Source: an uncultured Candidatus Saccharibacteria bacterium (GTDB lineage Bacteria; Patescibacteriota; Minisyncoccia; Phycocordibacterales; CSBR16-193). From it: 64,000 nt of DNA. The notes under the pieces were generated by a model that made no database searches, was not told the DNA's origin, and worked only from the letters and a program-made list of their open reading frames with translations. The stretch spans positions 7,067 through 71,066 of the forward strand of contig CAZLGQ010000001.1 of assembly GCA_964559575.1 (NCBI GenBank). Reading direction: 5' to 3'. Each line of letters starts with the position of its first letter. Within the stretch, counting starts at the first letter, position 1. The position numbers and the translations under genes are program-made. Shown here in pieces: positions 57,627 through 64,000 of the stretch.

Positions 57627-58310
57627 CTAATCAATAGCCAAAACAGTTCCATCATCAATCTTAATTATCCGATCAGCATAACTAAGTTGATTTTTTTCAT
57701 GAGTAGCTAAAACAATAGTGATCCCTCTTTGATTCATCTCTGATATCAGCTCAATTATCTCTTCAGATCGCTTAGAATCAAGATTAGCGGTCGGTTCATC
57801 AGCAAAAAGAATTTTGGGCTGATTAGCTACTGCACGAGCAATAGAAACCCTTTGACTTTCACCTCCGGAAAGCTGAGAAGGTAAGTTATTTAACTGTTTA
57901 TCTAACCCGATCTGAGTCAAGATATCTATTGATTCAGTTTTTATCTTACTCCAATCTGATCTTCTTTCCATGAGTGGTAACATAACATTTTCCAAAGCAG
58001 TTAACTCTGGTAATAACGCATAACTTTGAAAAACAAAACCAAAATTATTCAATCGGCACTTAGCATCTTTTTTATCAGAAAAAGCCCCGGTATCACAGTT
58101 TTGAAAAACCACTCTACCTTCAGTCGGTCGATCCAATAAACTGAGAATATAAAGTAAAGTACTTTTACCTGAACCTGAAGGACCGGTTATGGCCAAAAAC
58201 TCACCTTCTTTAATTTGCAAGTTAACCTGCTTTAAAACCGATGTCTCCTTGGAACCATTAGTATAAATTTTAGATATATTTTCAGCTGTTAAAATTATTT
58301 TTTTACTCAT
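57627..58310 (-). CDS. ABC transporter ATP-binding protein (LolD/MacB-like)
   Basis: GPSGSGKST, GFVFQ, LSGGESQRVSIARA, ADEPTANLD. Confidence 0.93.
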   Translation of the reverse strand: MSKKIILTAENISKIYTNGSKETSVLKQVNLQIKEGEFLAITGPSGSGKSTLLYILSLLDRPTEGRVVFQNCDTGAFSDKKDAKCRLNNFGFVFQSYALLPELTALENVMLPLMERRSDWSKIKTESIDILTQIGLDKQLNNLPSQLSGGESQRVSIARAVANQPKILFADEPTANLDSKRSEEIIELISEMNQRGITIVLATHEKNQLSYADRIIKIDDGTVLAID

Positions 58311-59548
58311 CTTCCTAAAATTGAATCTATTGTATTCCTTTTAGTAACTAAATAAGCCGGAATATATCCCGCTATTAAACTGGAAACTAAAAGAATAACT
58401 ATACGACCTATAGTACCAAACCAAGAAACTTTCAAAATTCCATCACTAAAAGGAAAATCAATTGGATTATCAGCAAAATAGGGTACCAAACCAAGATAGA
58501 TGATAAATAATCCGATCATAACGGCTATAACTGTATAAAAAGCTGATTGTAGAACATAAGAACACTTAATTGTTCCACTATCCAGACCTATTCCTTTTAA
58601 TATACCTATATATCTCTCACGTAATATTGCATTAATAAAAAAAACTATAAATAAAGTAACTGAAGCGACCATTAAACCAATAACTCCAATAAATGATCCT
58701 AATAAACTAAAAGTACTGGAAAGATCATCAAAAAACTGACCCTGACTCTCTTCCCAAGTTTCAACCTGAGCCTCAAAACGATCATTCCATTGATCTAAAT
58801 ACTGTTGAACTAAAAATATTGATGCAGGTTGAACCTTCAGAGAGATTTCATTAGATTCTCGCAAAGTAGTACCTGTAAAAAAACTAAACTCTCGCTTATC
58901 CATAAAAACTCTGTTGTTAATTTCAGAGATCTTAGCCTCCAATATACCACCCACTATATACTCCTTAGATTTATCACCGATAGTTAATTTTAACCGACTA
59001 CCCACTTCAACTTCCTTTAAAGTTTGATCCCCAATAGCTGACTGATACTGATCTAATAATCCACTTCCAATTAAAATCTCTCTACGAGACATATCCCTAT
59101 CTGAATATCTACCTTCTACTAAAAAATCTGAAAGACCAGTTACTTGGTCTTCGTTTAACATATCAATGCCAACTAGTTGAGCATTAATAACATTGCCTTT
59201 GACATTACTTCGTTGTGGTTCTCTAAGATCTTTTTCCAATCGTACATTAGATACTCTCCGGACAGTATAAAATAACACCTCGGGTTGCTCTCTGATCCTG
59301 TCAACCAGTTCATTAGTCCTGATGATGTTTATTTTACCTTCAGCAGGAGTAATGATAATATCACCGGAATAACCATCTCTAAGTTCTTGACTAGCCCCAG
59401 CTACTAAACCATCTAAAATCCCACTGACAAATACCAGATTTAAAAAAGTAGCTGTCATTATAAAAATTATCAAAAAATTAACCCAACCATTTGAATTTTT
59501 GATCTGTCTAGAGGCTAAAAATATACCGATTTTAAATCGTCTAATCAT
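58307..59548 (-). CDS. ABC transporter permease (MacB/LolC/FtsX-like)
   Basis: N-terminal TM, large extracytoplasmic domain, RYIGILKGIG, three C-terminal TM, YIPA. Confidence 0.9.
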   Translation of the reverse strand: MIRRFKIGIFLASRQIKNSNGWVNFLIIFIMTATFLNLVFVSGILDGLVAGASQELRDGYSGDIIITPAEGKINIIRTNELVDRIREQPEVLFYTVRRVSNVRLEKDLREPQRSNVKGNVINAQLVGIDMLNEDQVTGLSDFLVEGRYSDRDMSRREILIGSGLLDQYQSAIGDQTLKEVEVGSRLKLTIGDKSKEYIVGGILEAKISEINNRVFMDKREFSFFTGTTLRESNEISLKVQPASIFLVQQYLDQWNDRFEAQVETWEESQGQFFDDLSSTFSLLGSFIGVIGLMVASVTLFIVFFINAILRERYIGILKGIGLDSGTIKCSYVLQSAFYTVIAVMIGLFIIYLGLVPYFADNPIDFPFSDGILKVSWFGTIGRIVILLVSSLIAGYIPAYLVTKRNTIDSILGR

Positions 59549-59599
59549 AAAAGTAATTGAACTTTATTTTACCTTAATACAAAAAGATAACCAACAGTT

Positions 59600-59870
59600 T
59601 AAAAAAGATGATCAAAAAATTATAAGTTCAATTAAATTATTGATATAAGATATTAATAAAATAAAAGAAAGTGCTCCAACGGAAATTGGAATGGCTTTTA
59701 TAGTTAATGAGAAAAAATAGAATTAGATGTAAGATATGAAGGGTTTGTATTTTAAGGCAACAAAATCATTCATACTTCAAGCAAAACCGGTAAAGTCCAA
59801 GAAAAATATCTTTTAAATTTTGTAAAAACAGTGACTATTCAAAAGTTCTTTTTTTAAGATCGTTAATTAA
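59600..59870 (+). pseudogene. Degraded fragment resembling the C-terminus of a DUF1460/NlpC-like amidase
   Basis: Across frameshifts and stops it reads IKESAPTEIGMAFIV / ELDVRYEGFVF*GNKIIHTSSKTGKVQEKYLLNFVK / NSDYSKVLFFKI, matching a HxG..IHASS..KV pattern. Confidence 0.45.
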
Positions 59871-59874
59871 AAAA

Positions 59875-61083
59875 TTATAAAGAAACTTTAAACCACTGTC
59901 TTTTACCTACTTTTAAAATTACACCATCTTTAGGGATACTAACTTTAAGATCTTTATCCGCCAAAACCTCTCCATCTAACTTTACAGCACCCTGACCTAT
60001 CAATCGATTTATCTCACTATTACTAATACTTTCCCCCAAACATTCCTTTAAAATATCAAAAAGAGTAATATTTTCTTTTTCAACCTTAACTTCAGGTAGA
60101 TCTTCATCAACTACATTCTTTTTTTGAACCAACTCTATAAATTTTTCTTTAGCTTTTTTAGCCTCCTTTTCTCCATGAAATATCTTTGTAACCTCAAATG
60201 CAGCTTTCATTTTAGCATCACGAGGACTATCAGATTTTAATATCTCATCTATCTCTTCTAAAGTTATTCTGGTGTTATTTATTAATATGATCTCTGTCAT
60301 TTCATCCGATTGTTTCATTACACCTCCAAACATGTCAAAAGGAGTAGAATTCAGAAAAACACCGGTGCCCTTACTTTTTGACATTAACTCTCCAGTTTTA
60401 GGGTTTTCCATTAAATTAACGGTAACAACAAACTTTTCCTTTCCCTTAATTTTATTCAAAAGAGTTCTCCCTACCAATGCATTAAAAGTTTGATCGGTAC
60501 CACATAATTCTACATCAACATCTAAATAAACGCTGTCATATCCTTGCATTAAAGGATACATAAATTCATGAAGATGAATGGGTTTTTCTTCTTTCATCCT
60601 CCTTACAAACATATCTCTCTCCAACATATGTTGAACGGTTACTTTAGAAGCCAAATTGACCACATCTTCCATGGTAAGTGTTGATAGCCAATCAGCATTA
60701 AAAACTATTCTGGGAGGATTATTTTTGTCATCAAAGTTCATAAGTGGTTTAATTTGCTTAAACCACTCTTTAACATTTTCCCTAACCTCATCTCCGGAAA
60801 GTTGTTTTCTAGCACTCATTCTATCACTCGGATCTCCAATACGAGCTGTAAAATCACCAAAAAGCAATATTACTTCGTGTCCTAAAGATCTAAATTCCTC
60901 AAGAAGCATAAAGTTCTTTGCGTGAGACAGATGAAGTGCTGTTGATGTAGGATCAGCTCCTATGTACATCTTCATAGGCTCTGTACTTAAAAGTCGTTCT
61001 CTAAAAAATTCTTTGTCGGGGATTACGTTAGTTATAATTCCTCTATTTAATATATCATCTACTTTCTTTTTTCTTTTTTCCAT
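59875..61083 (-). CDS. tyrS: Tyrosine--tRNA ligase
   Basis: YIGADPT..LHLSH, GDFTARIGDPS, EFMYPLMQGYDS, GTDQTFN, LMSKS, C-terminal S4 KVGKR. Confidence 0.97.
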   Translation of the reverse strand: MEKRKKKVDDILNRGIITNVIPDKEFFRERLLSTEPMKMYIGADPTSTALHLSHAKNFMLLEEFRSLGHEVILLFGDFTARIGDPSDRMSARKQLSGDEVRENVKEWFKQIKPLMNFDDKNNPPRIVFNADWLSTLTMEDVVNLASKVTVQHMLERDMFVRRMKEEKPIHLHEFMYPLMQGYDSVYLDVDVELCGTDQTFNALVGRTLLNKIKGKEKFVVTVNLMENPKTGELMSKSKGTGVFLNSTPFDMFGGVMKQSDEMTEIILINNTRITLEEIDEILKSDSPRDAKMKAAFEVTKIFHGEKEAKKAKEKFIELVQKKNVVDEDLPEVKVEKENITLFDILKECLGESISNSEINRLIGQGAVKLDGEVLADKDLKVSIPKDGVILKVGKRQWFKVSL

Positions 61084-61116
61084 AAAAATAATTTAACAGA
61101 TAAATCTTTAACTCTA

Positions 61117-61602
61117 TTAATAATGTATTAAAAAAACATAAACATCAAGTTCACCACTCATCATTTCAACTTCACGACCTCTACCTTCCGGAACAAAGTA
61201 TTTACTTATTCCCATATCTATTGAATAACCATCTATAAAGGGTGACCTTTCTCCAACTGTAGCCCTTAAAAAAAACTGATCTTTAGGTATATCTAAAGAA
61301 ATTTTAGATAATGAAGCAATATTTTTTTGATCTCTTTCCAAAACAAGATATAAATCATCTCCGGTTTCAAGATCATTTTCAATAATAAAATCTTGTAATT
61401 TTGAATTATTTTCTATTTTGTAAGACAGAATTACATAATCACCACGCAAAAAATCCCTAGGATCAACTGGTTGAGTTTCTAAAAAAACTTCTTCACCGGA
61501 AAATAAAGTATACTCGTTTAAAAATATCAATATTCCGAAAAAAATTAATAAAAATCCTAAAAAAATCCAAAGTACTTTTTTATTTATCTTTTTATTTTCC
61601 AT
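61117..61602 (-). CDS. GDYXXLXY-domain membrane protein (C-terminus possibly clipped)
   Basis: PVDPRDFLRGDYVILSY, YFVPEGRG. Confidence 0.9.
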   Translation of the reverse strand: MENKKINKKVLWIFLGFLLIFFGILIFLNEYTLFSGEEVFLETQPVDPRDFLRGDYVILSYKIENNSKLQDFIIENDLETGDDLYLVLERDQKNIASLSKISLDIPKDQFFLRATVGERSPFIDGYSIDMGISKYFVPEGRGREVEMMSGELDVYVFLIHY

Positions 61603-61610
61603 ATTTATTA

Positions 61611-62663
61611 TTAATTTCCACTATCAGATTCAACATCCAAAGACTCTTTATAAGAAACTAAAGAGCTATTTTCTTTTTTATATTTAATTAACTTAATATA
61701 ACCCCAAACCATTGCTATTAATATGATCCCAAAACTTAAGAAAAATATACCTGTTTGCATATAATCCCAAAACCAAGCAAAATATCTAGCAACAATATAC
61801 ATCCCTAACCAAAAAAAGGTTGTATGGTGAAGTGAAACCATATAATTTTTATTGGTATACCACATAACAAAAAAGACCGCCCCCAAAAAAAGAATGTTTT
61901 GAATCACTTCAGCTCCCACTATTTCACCCAAAAGAAACAGATCTTCCCTTAAACCAAGAGTTCCAATAAATAAAAAGAGAAATAAAAGCTTAAGTGAAAT
62001 AACTGAAACAGTACTTAAAACAACATTATATAACATCTTTCCAAAAAGTATTTTATTAATCATCCAACTAAACAGTAAAACCATTAACGGAAGTAAATGA
62101 AAAACCTGGATCATAACCCTGGTTTTTTCTCTCCAATCCCAAACACTTGATTCCTGTATAAAATAGAAAACTGATAAATAAAAAAGTACTACTGATATAG
62201 CAGACAAAGCTTTAAATTTAAAAATAAAAGTAAGAGGTAGAGAAAGAAAAAACCATAAAATAAGTAAACTTCCAAAAGAACTATCAATATTATACAACTG
62301 CCCATAAAGACCTATTGAAGCACCTATTAACAAACTACCCAATACAATAAAAGAATTTCCTATTTTAGAATAAATAGGTTTAACGTAACTTAAATAATAA
62401 CCGGCACTAATAGATAAAACCGGCATTGAAAGTATCATAAATAACTTAAAACTTTTAGGAAAATAATACCAATTGGCAGAAATTATGAGGATGATACCTA
62501 AACCTATAAATATAGCCCCTATAATTGCAAGGATTCTGAAAAAACTTTCTGTTGTTGTTTTACTTTGAACCTCATTAAGTATAGCTACCTTTTGCGAAGG
62601 GGTTATTATTTCCTTTTCAACCCAACGATCTGTGTACTTCTTTAATTTTTTCCTAAAAAGCAT
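61611..62663 (-). CDS. DUF2157-family membrane protein
   Basis: W...IIT..Q, IGAIFIGLGIILIISANW, GQLYN; the usual partner of GDYXXLXY genes. Confidence 0.88.
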   Translation of the reverse strand: MLFRKKLKKYTDRWVEKEIITPSQKVAILNEVQSKTTTESFFRILAIIGAIFIGLGIILIISANWYYFPKSFKLFMILSMPVLSISAGYYLSYVKPIYSKIGNSFIVLGSLLIGASIGLYGQLYNIDSSFGSLLILWFFLSLPLTFIFKFKALSAISVVLFYLSVFYFIQESSVWDWREKTRVMIQVFHLLPLMVLLFSWMINKILFGKMLYNVVLSTVSVISLKLLFLFLFIGTLGLREDLFLLGEIVGAEVIQNILFLGAVFFVMWYTNKNYMVSLHHTTFFWLGMYIVARYFAWFWDYMQTGIFFLSFGIILIAMVWGYIKLIKYKKENSSLVSYKESLDVESDSGN

Positions 62664-62781
62664 AATAGTATACTAGAGTTTGTAAAATCTAAATTTTTAA
62701 TTAAAATAAATTTAAGCATATTTTAATAAAAAATTTCTTTACTTTTTATTAAAATACACTACTTATATATTATACAAAAAT

Positions 62782-63333
62782 ATGAAAAATAACATAGAAA
62801 TAGAATTACGTTCAGTATTCAATAAAAAGAAATACAATGAGATAAAAAAATTCTTAAAAGAAAAAGCAAAGGATCTTGGAGCTGATAACAAAGATGTGTA
62901 TTTCTTTATAATGCCAGACAAACTTTCAAAAGTAGTTAACAATATATCAAAAGGAGACGCCAAAATCGTCACCAAACTCAACAAGATCGGACAAGGAGAC
63001 TTATTTAAAGAGATCGAAGTTACTATTAATAAAAAAGATTTCGAGAAAGCAGTGAAGTTATTCAAATCACTTGATCTAACCAACAACGTCATGCATTCTT
63101 TCCAACAACGCCATAACTATCTATATAAAGAGGTTGAATTAGCACTCAAATACAGTGAAGTTTGGGGTTATCACCTTGAAATGGAAATAGTTATTAATGG
63201 TCTAAAAAAAGAAAAAGAAGCCAAAAAAAAGCTGTGTTCTGTAGCCAAAGAATTAAATGTTCAAATAATGACAGACGAAGAACTAACAAAATTTACTCAA
63301 AAAGCAGAAAGAAAATACAAACAAAAAAATTAA
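62782..63333 (+). CDS. CYTH-domain protein
   Basis: IEIELR, EIEV, WGYHLEME. Confidence 0.75.
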   Translation: MKNNIEIELRSVFNKKKYNEIKKFLKEKAKDLGADNKDVYFFIMPDKLSKVVNNISKGDAKIVTKLNKIGQGDLFKEIEVTINKKDFEKAVKLFKSLDLTNNVMHSFQQRHNYLYKEVELALKYSEVWGYHLEMEIVINGLKKEKEAKKKLCSVAKELNVQIMTDEELTKFTQKAERKYKQKN

Positions 63334-64000
63334 TTTCCTGCCAACTGCCCACATGCACTTTCAATATCAGCGCCAAAACTATGCCTTCTGGTTACTTTAA
63401 CCCCTTTCCTTTCCAAAAATTCCTTAAACTCCTCTATTCTCTTTACTGAAGACTGTTTAAACGAACCGGTTGGGTTATATGATATTAAATTTACTACATA
63501 GAGTCGGTCTTTCATTATTTCTGCTAACTCTTTAGCATGTACACCGGAATCATTCACTCCTTCCAATAACATATATTCAAACATTACTTGCCTATTTGTT
63601 TTCTTGGTATATTGAATAACCGCTTCCATTAAACTTTCTATAGGATATTTACGATTTATAGGCATCAACTTAGAGCGTGTTTTATTGTCCGGTGCATGAA
63701 GTGAAATAGCTAAATTAACCTGAAGACCTTCTTTGCTTAACTTTTCTATTCCTTCAACCACTCCTGCAGTTGAAATAGAAAAATTCCTGGCACCCAAACC
63801 AAACCCCTCTTCATCATTTAATATTCTTATAACACTGATCACATTATCATAATTCAAAAAAGGTTCTCCCATTCCCATAAAAACAATGTTAGTAACTCTC
63901 TCCTTTTTTTTCTTTAAAAGCCGAGCAAACAACAGAACCTGTATGATCATCTCCCAAGAAGAAAGGTTCCTTTTAAATCCCATCATACCGGTTGCACAAA
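63330..64000 (-). CDS. rlmN: Dual-specificity RNA methyltransferase RlmN, N-terminus beyond the window (partial)
   Basis: CATG.MGFKRNL, MGMGEP, ISTAG, LAISLHA, EY.L..VND, DIESACGQL. Confidence 0.95.
   Translation of the reverse strand, partial: CATGMMGFKRNLSSWEMIIQVLLFARLLKKKKERVTNIVFMGMGEPFLNYDNVISVIRILNDEEGFGLGARNFSISTAGVVEGIEKLSKEGLQVNLAISLHAPDNKTRSKLMPINRKYPIESLMEAVIQYTKKTNRQVMFEYMLLEGVNDSGVHAKELAEIMKDRLYVVNLISYNPTGSFKQSSVKRIEEFKEFLERKGVKVTRRHSFGADIESACGQLAGN

Noticed and set aside
1541-63449. Numerous short ORFs antisense to or nested in identified genes (in leuS, xseA, murA, proB, argE, tyrS and others)
   Set aside because: Shadow ORFs with no motifs or start signals

Overview
AT-rich bacterial chromosome segment whose gene set and style fit Patescibacteria (CPR, Parcubacteria-like); this taxonomic call is an inference from the HTH-MurA fusion, bifunctional PGI/PMI, domain-inserted LeuRS and mostly SD-less starts. 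Housekeeping content: leuS, cysS, trpS, tyrS, xseAB, ychF, nrdDG, holB, mreB, murA, priA-def-fmt, hpf, tRNA-Asn and a partial rlmN. An accessory stretch follows the tRNA. Most notable observations: (1) a complete ribosome-mediated attenuator with an Arg-rich leader peptide in front of an M20/ArgE-type gene; (2) a distinct class of GC-richer genes carrying Shine-Dalgarno sites, boxA-like motifs, long 5' hairpins and their own terminators, in a genome whose other genes mostly look leaderless; (3) a divergent Elp3 / Trm9-like pair suggesting a eukaryote/archaea-type mcm5U34 pathway; (4) folded elements fused to a displaced tRNA 3' end downstream of tRNA-Asn; (5) a class II cobalamin riboswitch with a visible terminator/antiterminator switch on nrdDG; (6) LeuRS with inserted Ham1-like and Nudix domains; (7) strong CCGG over-representation. 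All calls come from reading the sequence; no database searches or folding programs were run.
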